Positions 13,690 to 27,050 of a stretch of DNA of 64,000 nt are shown here, piece by piece. The DNA is from Octopus sinensis (taxonomy: Eukaryota). Position 1 is the first letter of the stretch. Every line of letters starts with the position of its first letter. Where the stretch lies: contig NC_043007.1 in assembly GCF_006345805.1 (NCBI RefSeq), forward strand, positions 49,662,001 to 49,726,000, in the 5' to 3' direction. The notes under the pieces are model-generated. The model was not told the DNA's origin. It did no database searches and was given only the letters and a program-made list of their open reading frames with translations. The position numbers were made by a program, and so were the translations under genes.

Positions 13690-16600
13690 ATTATTTTTAT
13701 TATCATTATTATTTTTATTATTATTTTTTTCCCTCTTCTTTCAAATTTGCTTCCATTTCTTGCCGAGTGTCTTCCCGACTCCTAGGGCAAAGAAACTCAT
13801 AGTATACATTGGTAGGCCATTAAACTAAACTCACTAGTTCGTTCATTTTTTTTTTAAGTTAAATTAAAATACATGGGTAGTAATAGTTCTCACATCGACA
13901 ATGCTCTTCTCAATACGTGTTAAGACAATCTTTTGCACTTCTTGCAGGGATGATAAGCCAGTGATCATTCTCATATAATTTTCGGTTCCCTTCTTGATCA
14001 TTCCTAGTGTTCCTACGATCACTGGTATTGTAACCGCCTTGAGATGCCACATTTTCCCAATTTCAATGAGCAGGTCTTTATATTTTCTGAGCTTGTCAAA
14101 CTCTTTCGCCGAGATATTATGATCACAGAGGGATGCTCATGTCGATCAATAAGCAAACTTTATTGTTTTGGTCTTTCACAACAATATCCGGTTTATTGGC
14201 TTTGATGGTTCTGTCTGTATGTACTGGAAAGCCCCACAGAATCGTTACATTTTCTCCTTCAGTTACAGCTTCAGGGTGGTGATTATACCACTTGTCGGCA
14301 GTTTTGATATTGTAATGCCGACTTATTAGCCAGTGTAGATATTGGCCAACTCTGTCATGTCTTAATTTATACTCCACTGGTGCTAAGACTTTACATCCAG
14401 AGATTAGGTGGTCCACTGTTTCAGTCATGTCGTTGCAGAATCGGCATTTTGGGTCTGCTCCATTTTTCATCACACTGGCCTGGTAGTTCCGGGTTAATAG
14501 GCTTTGATCTTGAGCAGCCAGAATGAAACCTTCGCTCTCTGCTTTTAACTCTGAGCTCCGTATCCACTGATGGGTTTGCTTGTGGTCAACATCAGCTTGT
14601 TTGCTACTGGCCACATATTTGCCGTGTAGAGGTTTCTCCTCCCACCTATCAGCCAATTGCTCGTGCGCTTTTTTCGTTGCCATTCTTTGCAACAATAGTT
14701 GCCGTACTTCCATCGGGTTGTTCAGTTTGGGTATCCTGCACGAAATCAATAGCAAATTTTTGCTTTCCTTTATGATAGAATGAAGCTTCTTTCGTCTCTC
14801 GTGATTTTCCACGAGATTTAGCATCCAGTCATTCGTTATTTCAAGATATTTGGCCAGTCCAATTGTGGTTGTTTTGTAAGCTAGTTCAAATTGGATCAGG
14901 CCTCGACCTCCTTGGGCTCTGGGAAGGTAAAGGCGATCTACGTCTGCCTTTGGGTGGTGCATCCTATTACAACTCAGCAGCTTGCGTATTTTCCTATCTA
15001 TATTCTTTACTTCACTCATATTCCAGTTCAACACATTGTAGCTATAAGTAACAACTGGAACTGCAAAGGAGTTTATAGCTAACACCTTGTTACGTGCATT
15101 TAGTTCAGATTTCAGGACTGCACGAACTCTCCTATAACATTCCTTCCTGATCTTCTCTTTCATGCTTGCATGCTGAATACCAGAGCCTTCATTTATCCCT
15201 AAATATTTGTATGTTTGTTCTTACTCAAGCTCTCTTATGACTGTGTCAATATCTAACACGACTGAATTTGTGGTCTTCACTTTCCCTTTCTGGAAAGTGG
15301 CCTTGGCACACTTCTCAAGCCCAAACTCCATCCCGATGTCATCGCTGAATGCTTTCACAGTGCGCAATACCCATTCAAGTTCATTATTGTCTTTACCATA
15401 GAGTTTTAAATCATCCATATAAAATAGATGGCTTATTTTTTTATTGGCAATTTTATACCCATACCCTGTTCTGTTTAATTCACTTGTAAGGGGTATTAGG
15501 GCTATGCAGAATATTAAAGGTGAAAGTGAGTCACCTTGAAAAATTCCACAGTTGATGTTTATATTTTCTGAGGCAAGTACTCCATTAGAGTGGTATAATT
15601 GGAGATTCGTATTCCACAACGACATATTGTGCTTCAGGAAGCTTGAAATCACAGGGAAAATTTTGAAGATGTCCAGCGATCTCAAGATCCATGGATGCGG
15701 TATACTGTCGAAGGCCTTTTTATAGTCAATCCATGCGGAGCTGAGATTTCTGCGCTTGTTGTGACAGTTCTCAAGGATCATACGATTAATTAGCAGTTGA
15801 TCTTTGCATCCGTAAGAGCCTCAGCGGCACCCTTTTTGTTCAATGGGGAAAATATCGTTCTTCTCCATGAATGCATATGTTTTCTCCGCCAGGATAGATG
15901 TTAGGATTTTATACGTGGTGGATAGACAGGTTATAGGCCGATAGTTTTTTGGAAGATTGGTTTCGTTATTCTTTGGGAGTAGGTAAGTAATACCACTTGC
16001 TAACCATTCAGGTGTTTTCTTTGGGTCTCTCATAAATCCATTCAGCAGCTGAACTAGCTTACCGTGTGCGCATGGGAGCGATGAGAGCCAGAAATTCGGC
16101 ACCCTATCTTTACCGGGGTTTTTCCAATTATGGGCCTTCGTGAGTGCCTTTCTTAGGTCTGCTATTGTGATGTCTTCCCATGCTTGTTGTTGTAAATTTT
16201 GGTAGGATCCTTCTGTTTGTATAATCCAGTCTGCATTTATGTGTACGTCTTCTTGTCACTCCAAATCCTTTTCCAGAAGTTTTGAACTTCTTCCATGGTT
16301 ACTTTCTCCTTCCCTGTTTCTCTGTAGAATTTTTTGGCATTGGATGTGAACAGCTTATTTTGCTTGTAAAACTTGTTTCTCTTCTCAAATCTTCGTATTC
16401 TTTGGGCTTTTGCTTGGACTTATTGTTTCAGCGTTTCTTTTATTGATATCAGTTCTTCTCTTGGTGAGGATCCAAATTTTCTCTTCATCTTTCTTCCTGT
16501 TCTGGATCTTACATCATTTCCACATATTAGTTCATTTAATATTGATATTTCCCCTCTCATAAATTCAATCTCTTTTTCAATTTTACTTCTCCAGGTTTGA

Positions 16601-16870
16601 TTTCTTCCCAGGTTTGGTTTTCTTTGTTTTTTCGGGGGCATACAGCTGGTTTCAATTGACCTAGCAGAAGCGTAAATAATTTCATTTAACTCAGTAAAAT
16701 CAAGTTTTAATTCTTGTATTATTTCATTTGTTACATAGTTGCCAATTTGGATTTGTTTTTTTTTTTATTTTGGTTTGTATTTGAGAGTTTATGAAGTGGT
16801 TCTCTATCATTCATACTTGTATATCTTACAACTTCAAGCGTATTCAGGATTTTCTGCCTCATTTTTCTTA
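13690..16870 (-). mobile_element. R4/Dong-like non-LTR retrotransposon (RT plus restriction-like endonuclease), 5'-truncated, with frameshifts and stops
   Basis: AWIDYKKAFDSIPH, GIFQGDSLSPL, HLFYMDDLKLY, FGLEKC, CRFC...DHLISGC, RHD, KPDIV and VIVGTLG motifs in ORFs 16420-16641, 15821-16102, 15221-15781, 14123-15163, 13864-14052; ends at an (AAT)n tail. Confidence 0.92.
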
Positions 16871-17345
16871 GAATTCTTATAGGATGGTATTTTTCTGCAA
16901 TTCGACAATGTGACTCTCAATCCCAGTTTCTTTCATTCTCTTAGGTAGCATTTGTGGTGTTGCGCCAAGTACACCTATTACAACAGAAATAATTGTTGTG
17001 TTAGTCTTCCACAGTCTCATCTGCTCTCTGGCTAGATCCGGATATTTCTCGATTTAAAAAATGGTTTTGGTATCAACTCTGCTATCATAGGGAATTGCAA
17101 AATTTATGATTTTGCAGTTTGTTTATTTTGTCCTCTATCATCATGTCTAGTCATCTTGATTCAACCGTCTCTCAAGATCTTGTAATTCTCATTTCCTATC
17201 ACAGCTTCTTGTTTGTGCTCATACCACTTTTCTATTGTTTTGAAGTCACATACTCGACGTTTCAGTGCACTCTTTTCCCTACGCACTCATATCTGCTCTT
17301 ATACTCATTTTGTGCTAGTATACTGCACTCACTGAAAATGTGAGT
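16870..17345 (-). pseudogene. 3' fragment of a second R4/Dong-like LINE (REL domain)
   Basis: Translates HIFSECSILAQNEYK...KWYEH...FAIPYDSRV...SVVIGVLGA...ELQKNTIL. Confidence 0.75.
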
Positions 17346-17559
17346 TTTAGTCCTGGGTATGACTATAAACTTCATCCGGTAGTGGGACCCTGGGCCCTGT
17401 TTTCAGGGTTTGAGGAGTATGGAACCACCTCTTAGCCACTAGTGTTCCCATGTCTACTCTGGCCCGGAGTGGTAGTACCTGTAAGTGCCCCAGCTATGGG
17501 TTAACTAGCAAACCCCCTGCGACTGGAGGGGGGTGACCGGTAGAATGCAGTCGCCGTAT

Positions 17560-18285
17560 TCTCTACGTGGCGTTAGAGGGGACTAAAAGGGATGGGATCG
17601 AAGGGGCTGGAAGTCCATTCCTCCTAGTAATTTCCTATTCCTAAAAAAAACAAGAAAAAGACAGGGTGGGAGAAGATTAACATCTAATCTCACCCTAGTA
17701 CTTGGGTCTTGGAATATGTGTGGGTGTAGTACAAGTGAGGTAAAGAGGAGAGAGATAGAGAGTGTGATGATGAGGAGAAGGATGGATGTGCTAGCACTTC
17801 GCGAAACTAAGATGAAGAGTAAGGGAAAGTACCAGTTTAGTGATGTGACTGGACGAGTGTCGGGAGTGAGAGGGGAGGGCTCATGAGGGAGTAGCCTTGC
17901 TGGGAAGTGAGCATGTGAAGGAGAGTGTGGTGGAGTGGAGGGAAGTGTTTTCAAGTTTAATGTGGTTTAAGATGAAGGTGGAGAGGAGAGATGTGAGCGC
18001 TTTTAGTACATATAGTCCAGGGAGTGAAAGGAGTGAGGAAGATGTGGAGGAGTTCTGGAGGGAACTGACATAGTGTGTAGATAAGGTGGGGAAAAGTGGT
18101 TATGTGGTGTTGTTGGGTGATTTGAATGCACGGGTGGAAAAGGGGGAAGTAGAAAATGTAGTAGGAAAATGTGGAGTTCCTGGTCGGAATGAGAGTGGAA
18201 GGAAGTTGTTGGAAATGTGTAAGAAGTAAGAGTTGGTGGTGAGGATTAGTTTTTTTTAAAGTGAGAGAAGAATAAGTTCACTGGT
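17560..18285 (+). pseudogene. RTE-type LINE AP-endonuclease fragment
   Basis: DVLALRETK, EGVALL, EEFWREL, VLLGDLNARV, GRNESGRKLLEMC. Confidence 0.8.
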
Positions 18286-18642
18286 AAAAATAAGGGACCT
18301 AAACATTCCACAAACGAATGAAGTCATCAGAAAGTCAACTAACCAGAACGCTGGTCTTCTGCCAAAGCAAAAATATATGACTAAAACATCCATAAACCAA
18401 GTGACATACTAAGACGGCCAGCCAGTCGAAATATTAGATTATAGACGGACAAAAACAACCAATTAGAGCTTGATCCTTTACCGTTAAAACATATTAATCA
18501 AAGCATTTCAAACATTTCAAACTCTCATGAACAAAACAAGCGACAAAGAATCCTTTTTAATGCAATACAACATAAATTGTGAAAAATCTTTTCACTTCCT
18601 CCCTTCTTTTTTCTCTCTTTATTAAATCTTCATCGTATGTAA

Positions 18643-20171
18643 TCTCTCTATATATAAAACTGAGAATGTGTGTCTGTCTGTGTTTCCCTAAAACTTGAGA
18701 ACTACTCAACCAATTTCATTAAAATTCTACACATGCCTTACTTAGGGTCCGGGGAGTGTCATCGGCAAAAAAAGTTTTAACTTTTTGCCTAGGGCGAGCC
18801 CACAGCAATATCATATCTTCTCCACTACGATACCCTAAAACTTAAGAACTACACAACCAATTTCATTCAAATTTTACACATGCCTTACTTAGGGTCCATG
18901 TAGTTTCATGGGCAAAAAAATGTTTAACTTCTCGCCTAGGGCGAGCCCATAGCAATATCATATCTTCTCCACTATTTCAGTATTGCGTGTTAAAAGTGAA
19001 ACAAAAACATTTCTCTATTTTATGTCAGATACTTTCACTGTAAAATTAGAGATAATAATAACAATTGAATTATATGTAGTAACTAATATTTAAAATCAAA
19101 CTAAAGTATAATATAATCGTAACAAAACAAAAGTAAAAATAGCAATTGATATAAAATTGCATCAATGACTTGAACAGGTGGTTTCACATGAATGGGAATA
19201 AATTAAATTAAATCAACTGCGTACTGCTTTTTTGTTTCACCATAAGGTTTGTTATTATTATTACTGTTTAACTATTGTTATTACATTTGTTGGTTCCTCG
19301 TAAGGGAAACGTTGTTGTGTTGCATTTATTAAATAATTGTAAACTGTAACCCTCCCCATTTGGGAGCCTTGGTTATTGTTTAAAAATTGAATTGTGTTCC
19401 CGTTTGGGGAAATTGACAATATTTTCACCGTTTATACGGAAGCATATTTGTTAGAATGCCTTCGATAGAAGAAAGTCCAAAAATGAATTTCGCTGCAGCC
19501 GTCGGCAGGCGCGAACTCATTAAAATTAAAATGGAAGAAATACAAACCTATTTCGGATTGATCACCGACAAAGACGGTGAATCTATGATAACACCACCAA
19601 ACGAAATAAAAAATTAAATTAAAGAAAAGACTATTGTCTATAAAGTATACAATGTACAGAAAAAAAAAATTTGAACACCTGGGGGAAAGCACCATTGAAA
19701 AGTGTCTTGGTGCGACTATGAAAGATATCAAGTATCTAACCAGAGGTAGTAAATTCACCAGAATAGAAGTATGGTTTGAGTCAACGGAGCGTGCAAGGGA
19801 GTACTCGACTGGAACCTTGCAAAGTGGAAATATTTTATTTTTACCTTTATATCTGGGACGTAAGACGTCCCGGATAAAAATTTAAAATGCCCCCCCTCCA
19901 GAAGTAGAGGTAGGCTGGATTGTAGCCAGACTTCTATACAAGAGGGAGGACAAGATACAATTGATCGAAATTGCAAGAGACGGACCTACAATTCCAGTCT
20001 GCTATATATTTTGAGTATTGTTATCACTAGCGATATCAAGATATAACTTTGTATTTTGTATTTTATGTGTAGATGTATATATATAGATGTACATGTAATA
20101 TGTACACATATATATACACATATATACATGCACTAGCACTATGACCCGGCAACGACGGGTCATAATGCTAG
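18643..20171 (+). mobile_element. non-autonomous Helitron with internal insertion
   Basis: A|TCtctctatatataaaactg start; 3' hairpin tatgacccg/cgggtcata then CTAG|T at 20168-20172; internal tandem duplication near 18690-18975. Confidence 0.8.
19229..19998 (+). pseudogene. LINE (Tx1-like) 5' UTR plus ORF1 N-terminal fragment
   Basis: Reading frame from ATG 19456 (MPSIEESPKMNFAAAVG...RIEVWFES...LPLYLGRKTSRIKI*N..PPEVEVGW) with two stops; ctgct at 19224-19228 and 19999-20003. Confidence 0.55.
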
Positions 20172-20542
20172 TTGTCAATATAACTCAATACTACTGAACT
20201 TTCAATCATGTATGCTGTTATGGAATTCATCGAACATTTGAACTTGCACTTCTGTCTATCTCCGCGAAATTCATAGCAATTTGCATGAACATTTCATCTT
20301 TTAAGCATGTTCTTCCAAATTTTCCTGTGTAACTTAAACCTCTCGTAAACCATTTCTTTATTTTTCTTTATTTATTTACTATTGCTTAACGAAAGATTAC
20401 CGAACAGGGTTTGGCATTTTAATAAATCTTACAAAACTTTAAAACAACTACACGTTTTATGACTCAGGCGCATCTTCAAAACCCCAAACATATTCTCTCT
20501 CTCTCTCCCTCTCTCTCTCTCTCTCTCACACACCACACATAA

Positions 20543-20586
<44 letters not shown>

Positions 20587-20671
20587 TAATAATAAATATT
20601 AATCATATGTATTGGCTTAAGTTTTTCATTGTTGATTTGCCTAATAGTGGTTTTGTCTCTAATTTAATATA

Positions 20672-20770
<99 letters not shown>

Positions 20771-21291
20771 AATATATATATATATCTATATATAAAACTG
20801 AAATGCGTTTTTACCGCTTGGATCGCTTTCAAGGCCACTACATCCCGTCCGATTCACTCCAAAATTTACAGGGACATGTAAAATGAGGTGACGATGCCCG
20901 TGGGCTACCTTAGAAATCCCTATCTTAAAAAGGTGTCGTTGCTAGGGGCCAAAAACCCACTTTGACAAGTCCACTCCCGTTCTTTTACGTATATGTCTTC
21001 CTCACTCACACTATTTCCTCCATTCCCCTCTAACTCCCTTTCACTTTCCCTTTATAAGTTCGCCGAACGGCGTTCTTTTATGTATCTGTCTGCATTCGTA
21101 GAGAGAATTATCATCGCCACGAACAACACACAATCATGAGAACAAATATTATGAATAAGATATTTCTTGCGTTCATATATATGTGTGTGTGTGTGTGTTC
21201 TATATATAAATATGTATATATAATGTATATATACAAAGTGTATATATCTGTATTTATGTATATTAAACTTTTTAATACTTTTTGATAGTTA

Positions 21292-23099
21292 CATAAAGGG
21301 AACTGGTTGCTTCTTTACACTTTTTGGGTGCAACTTGGGTGCGAGACAGATAATTTTCTCTGTTAATTACGTGACCAACAGGGGAAAATTATGCCTAAAC
21401 ATGAGCGCAGCGCATGTGAACATCCGACGTGCTTTGAGTCGGGAGAAGAATTGAGCTGACGCAGACGTGTTGCAAAACAAGGGAGTACACGTGCAGAACA
21501 GAGGTGCATGAGTGCAATAGGGCCTGCTAGGCTGAAATACAGTGTACAGTATTGAATATGCCAGTGATTAATGCAGTAAGGCTGAGACTGCCAGCCAGTG
21601 TTTCAGCTATTATATGCCTCGTTCGTGCAGGAACAAAAGTGTGGCATGCTGGCGCGTTGTAAGGGACAAACAACTTTCTCTATGTATGCGTGACCGACCT
21701 AGGGTCTTACAGAGATGAGTTGTGTTTACAAGGGCACATTGAGCATGGAAAACAAGCGAGAAAGGCATGTGTGGCGTATGAATGTGACAGAGATAGCATT
21801 TGTGTGTGTATTAACTATGTGTGTTGGTGTGTGCGACAGAAGTACAAACAAGGTGTATGCGGGCAAAACAAAATACAGCGCATAGGAAAAGTCTCTCAGG
21901 GTATTTCAGACAAGATGGAGTTAATTTACCAGTTCGTAGTAAAGTACATAATAGCAGTTCGTTCTGTAACAGGATGTTCGGATCACAAGTGCAGATGCCG
22001 GTTGAACACATGTCGTGTAGCGGTTGTGGCTTCAATGCTGTGCCAGGTTACATTGGTACAGAAGATCTCGCAGGTAGTGCTGTGCTGTTAACCTCCGTGA
22101 AAATCATAACAGCTTGAAAGCTAAACCTGAATGAGTGCTATGTACATATTAGTGTTGCTGGAGATGAAGGCGACGGAGATGGAGACGACGTGGAGTGGAA
22201 GGACGACGATGGTGATGGCGACGGCAGAGAAAGGCGACGTTGAGATGAAGGCGTCGGTGGCGTTGCTGGTGTATGTTAGCGTCGTCATTGGCTGGAGCAG
22301 GAACATGACTGGCTGGTCTGGTCGTCTGTCGCTGGAACTGGAACATGGTTGAGTAAGCTCTGTGTGGATGAAGACTGCGGCGGATTGATTGGTTCAGACT
22401 AGGTAGAAACTAGATTTTAGCTAAGTGTTCTATGGTCTATGACCAGAACTCGGGAAACTTGATTGACTGTTCTATGGTCTATGACCAGAACTCGGGAAAC
22501 TTGATTGAGTGTTCTATGGTCTATGACCAGAACTCGGGAAACTTGGTTGAGTGTTCTATGGTCTATGACCAGAACTCGGGGTCACCACTGTAAGGGGAAC
22601 TGGTTGCTTCTTTACACTTTTTGGGTGCAACTTGGGTGCAACACAATTTCCTTTCTTATGTTTCTAGAAACTACCAGTCAGGAACAAAACGCAAGTTTAA
22701 AAATATATATGATTCTTTATTCTCTTATTCACAAATGAAGCACGTTGGTATATTGGTATCCACTTAGTTCAACACAGCAAGGCTGAATTTTAACGTTTGT
22801 AAGAATCTTACAACAATTCAGCAGCAACAGAGTAGGTCAAATCCTAAGCGTCTGGGACAGGAGAATAGGCTGATCACAAGTTTAAAAATACGTCCTTTCT
22901 CTTCGATCGCCGTGTCTCAAGTCATGACGCTATTAAGGACGCGATAGAATTTCTTCCCCAGTCTCTAGCGCATGTGCATGAGGGAACTTCTTTATGCCTT
23001 TCCAGAAGGTTCCAGAAGGTTCCAGAATGTTCCAACCCCGCACACGCACACTGAAGAATGACGTTGCGTGTGCGCACACTGGAATATGACGTCACTACA
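21292..23099 (-). mobile_element. internally deleted Gypsy-type LTR element
   Basis: 511-bp TG...CA LTR (23099-22589), PBS TGGTGACCCCGA (22587-22576) complementary to the tRNA-Trp 3' end, a ~53-bp copy of the LTR end at 21292-21345, GTTA TSD at 21288-21291 and 23100-23103. Confidence 0.8.
22425..22580. repeat. 42-bp tandem repeat, 3.7 copies
   Basis: Units start at 22426, 22468, 22510, 22552. Confidence 0.95.
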
Positions 23100-23333
23100 G
23101 TTATATATATTTTTAAACAAATTATAAATATAATTTAATAATTTTTATTTTAAATTTAAATAATTTAAATTTTTCAATTTTATATTTTCTATATTTTCTA
23201 TATTATATTTTTATTTTTATGTTTTTGTTTTTGGTTTTTCACTGTTTGATTTGCCTATTAGTGGTTTTATCTCTAATCTAATTTATACATATATATATAT
23301 ATAATTTGTATACATTTGTATATATAATGCGTG

Positions 23334-23409
<76 letters not shown>

Positions 23410-24211
23410 GTGTGCATTATGTGGTCGGTCGGTTCAGCTGAAAATATGCACACCTATGTTTAAAGTGCTGGCAAGTTTGCATGACAACTATTTTTTTCCT
23501 CAAATGAAAGGCGTGACCTCTAGGACAAAATTCCTCATCTTATAAAATGCGGCCCCAGTAGACCCGAATGAAATCGGGTTATATTAACCAAAATGTGAAA
23601 AGGGGTCTAAATGGGACTGGAAGGGGATTAAAATATAAATGAGCGAGTGTTTAGGAATTCTCTGTTACATCAAGCTAAAATGTTTTCGCCAACCTTTTAA
23701 TTGTCAATGTGTTGCCGTCCATGATAAAGAAGTTTTGAATGCTTGCCATGGCGAGTCTACTGTCGTGAGAAAGAATCACTTCAAAACTTGGAGTTTACGA
23801 ATTTTCTTTTACATCAAGTTCAAAATTTTACGCCAGCCGTTAAACTGTCAATACGTTGCTGTCCGACGTTAAGAAATGCCAGCCATGGTGACTCTACTAT
23901 CCTCAGATTCTATCCCTTCAAACTTTGGTTTCCAATATTTTATTATTTTTATTCAGCTCGCAAGTTCGTCTGTCCCTTTTCAATGTTAGCGTTTTGCTGT
24001 CTGCCTTGAAGCAGACCTTTCCGTTTCCACTGCCTGATATTTATGATTGATCTTTCTAAATATTTTATTTCTCAACTTACTCAAGATCTTTTGTTGTTTA
24101 TAAATGGGAGAGAGATAGATAAAGATAGAGAGTAAGAGAAAGCGAGGGAAAAGAAAAGTAAGAGAGTAGGAAAGTGAGAGAGACAGGAAAGAGAAACAAA
24201 GAGGGAGAATC

Positions 24212-24520
24212 ATCATCATCATCATCGTTTAACGTCCGTTTTCCGTGCTAGCACGGGTTGGACAGTGTGACCGGGGTCTGGGAAGCCAGGAGGCTGCACC
24301 AGGCTCCAGTCTGATCTGGTAGTGTTCCTACAGGTGGATGACCTTCCTAACGCCAACCACTCTGTGAGTGTAGTGGGTAATATTTTCGTGCCGCCGGCAC
24401 AGGTGCCAGGGGGGCTCGCAGCGGCAACGATCGGTTGGTGCTTTTTACGTGCCACCGGCAGAGAAGCCAGTCAAGGCGGCGCTGCAATCGACCACGTTCG
24501 GATGGTGCTTTTTACGTGCT
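24212..24520 (-). mobile_element. LINE/SINE 3' tail fragment ending in (GAT)n
   Basis: (cat)n followed by cgtttaacgtccg...gctagcacgggttggac; internal ggtgctttttacgtg repeats. Confidence 0.55.
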
Positions 24521-24586
24521 GAAAGGAAGCAACAGAAAGTAACAACCACACTCTTACCCGCGCGTAGAGCGGGTCACCTTCAGCTA

Positions 24587-24630
<44 letters not shown>

Positions 24631-24639
24631 ATATATGTA

Positions 24640-24810
24640 TATATACGATGGCCTTCCTTTAGTTTCCGTCTGCCAATCAAATCCACTCATAAAGCTTTGG
24701 TCGGCTCGGGACTATAGTGGAAGACACTTGCCCAAGGTGCCGCGCAGGAGCTGTACCCTGAGTCATGTGGCTGGAGAGCAATCTTCTTCCCACCCAGTCA
24801 TGCTTGCGCC
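24640..24810 (-). mobile_element. SINE family B head
   Basis: Reverse complement includes ggcaccttgggcaagtgtcttccactatag. Confidence 0.7.
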
Positions 24811-25723
24811 AACGTATATCTGTATGTGCGTGGCATGCGCGTCTTTGTGTACTAGCGCACATGTGTGTGGTATACATATATGTGTATGACGAAGAAAATA
24901 GTTCGAAGATGTCCCTGGTTATGTTTCTCTCTCTCTTTCTCTGTTTATATATATACACACACACAAACAGTCTCGGAGTGAAAGATAGAGAAAGAAGGAG
25001 GGAGAGAGAAAGAGAAATTTTGTTTTCAAAACCCTTTCTCTCTCTCAGTCGGTCTGTATTAAACTTTGATAAAAGAGCTTAAGCAAGTCTGTCTCTATAC
25101 AATGTATTTGTTACTTCTAGTTTCCTAAATCTTCTGTTTTCCCTCGGTTTACTTAATCTGTCAGAAAGGATTATATTCTTTCTTCCCTGTTTATATATGA
25201 CCCTACATGTCCCTACCCTTCATTTTTATCTCTTCCCTCACTTGATCAGTCTTCTGCTTGCTGTCATTTTCTTCAGTTTCCTTTTTTATTCGTTCTTCCA
25301 CTGTCGATCCCAGTAATACGCTCTGTTGCCATAAATGTGGTTTCTTAAGTACCGAGAGTTCCAAGCTAGAAAGCTTCTTTCTACCCTCACCCCAAAATAG
25401 TGATGCGGGGTGTATATTGAGAGAGAGTAAGTTTTTAGTTTCAAATAGCAGGTGTCCTGATAGAGAATATTTGTATCCTTAATCCTTCCACAGATTATCT
25501 TCCGTATTTTGATTTATTTTTTATTTTCTAAATACTTTATTATGTTTTGTTTTGTGTTGTATTTCATATCATTTGCAATAAGTTGGCAGAGTTGAAAGAC
25601 AATCCAAGTTTGCATTAACGACGAAAATAATTCGAATCAGGCGACTGGCACTGAAAATATGTCCCTGGTTATCTTTCTTCTTTTCTTTCTTTCTTTCTTT
25701 ATTTCTTTCTTTCTTTCTTTCTG

Positions 25724-25758
<35 letters not shown>

Positions 25759-25899
25759 GATGTATGAATAAAGTTTGTAATAAAATATTTCTACACGTTT
25801 TTTCCACCGAAGTGTATATACATTTTTTCGCGGATTCTATATGTATGCATACAAATACAGATTGTTCAGGGTAAATTTGAAAGTTTACATAAAAGGGAA

Positions 25900-26210
25900 A
25901 GAAAACCCAATATCCTATCCAAAAATAAAACTTAAGAAATCAGAAAGTACTAGATTATGGCTGGGTGATAACAGTTCACCCAACATAGTCTTATTCAGCT
26001 TCCAGCACACCCACAAAACGCGCCAGACCCTGGAGCATGCGTTCGTCACTGTATCCTTGGAAAGATCTTCGAAGAACTCCTTGATCTTGGCTCGACCTTT
26101 GTGTCGCAGGCAGAGCAGTTGGTGTCTTTCTCAACCGCGCCGCACACGTAGTAATCCATGGTATTACAAACCCCTGCCTCTTCTATCATATAGTCGTAGG
26201 AATAGGTCTC
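25900..26210 (-). pseudogene. Tc1/mariner transposase C-terminal fragment
   Basis: ...MDYYVCGAVEKDTN...; homologous to 33245-33613. Confidence 0.7.
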
Positions 26211-26329
26211 GGAAAGTTTCATTTTTCTCCCTTAATGTTTGGACAAATATAGGTAAAAATTCTTGCATTTAGTAGATATTCACTTTCCTAGAAGCCATAG
26301 ATACAGTAAGATCTTTAACAGACATACAA

Positions 26330-27050
26330 AATTACTCTTTCTTGTCCGCCTAATATTAAAACATATATCAATAAGTAACCGATTACGTAAGCCTGCCCTG
26401 GATGCACATGTAGAAACAAATGTAAATGTCCTCTAGGGCAGAAATGCGATATATTCTCAGCTGTTTATGAAGCATAGGCTTCAACGAACTATGACAATGG
26501 TAGAATAGAAATCAAACGGTATATCGAGTCTGTCGAAAGAAAATTTACGTACCGATATTAGAAACCGTCGCCAGAGACACGCAACAACCTATTCGACTTT
26601 TATCTAACAACTTAAAGACAAAGGAGCCAGTTACAACATCAAGTGAAAACCCTTTCGAAAATCGGGCCCTATATTAACGGATCAAAATAATGTTCTGTAG
26701 GTTATCCTGAGAGACTATACCTTTGAAAGAAATTAAGGACCTCGAGTGGCCATGAAAATCTCAGAAATGGGATTCTTTAATCATGTTGGCATTTTAAGAA
26801 ATATATTTTGACCGAATTTATAAAGAGGCCATCGAACACAACGTAAATACATTTATTTAATTTTTTTTCAACATTGTCTGTTGTAACGTAGGTTATCTCC
26901 CCTGTGTTCTTCTTTTCATCTTCTTTATGAGAGTTCTTTGGTTTAACGTCATTTGCTTTAAACCAACTATCAAACCGTCTTGTTCTTAGCTTGAAAAATG
27001 TCGAAATAATAGTTTCGGCCACGAAACCCTGAGTAGTTGTAATTAACAAA
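26330..27050 (+). mobile_element. PLE (Neptune-like) GIY-YIG 3' fragment plus terminal region
   Basis: KITLSCPPNI, CTCRNKCKCPL, VYEA, KRYIE, QLKDKGASYNI, PYINGSK; degenerate HHR at 26988-27038. Confidence 0.75.

Larger units (their letters stand above)
20785..24587 (+). mobile_element. Helitron with nested insertions
   Basis: A|TCtatatataaaactg start; hairpin acccgc/gcgggt (24556-24574) then CTAG|T at 24584-24588. Pairing of these two ends is inferred. Confidence 0.6.

Noticed and set aside
13381-13828. Poly-I/L/T ORFs resembling membrane or signal peptides
   Set aside because: Compound trinucleotide microsatellite forming the LINE tail.
17500-17600. Possible HDV-like ribozyme upstream of the RTE fragment (gcgactg/cagtcgc stem, ggactaaaaggg)
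   Set aside because: Could not assign the P2 and P3 pseudoknot pairings by eye; needs a structure-descriptor search.
22425-22580. Regular repeat resembling a CRISPR array
   Set aside because: Contiguous tandem units with no unique spacers; eukaryotic LTR leader.
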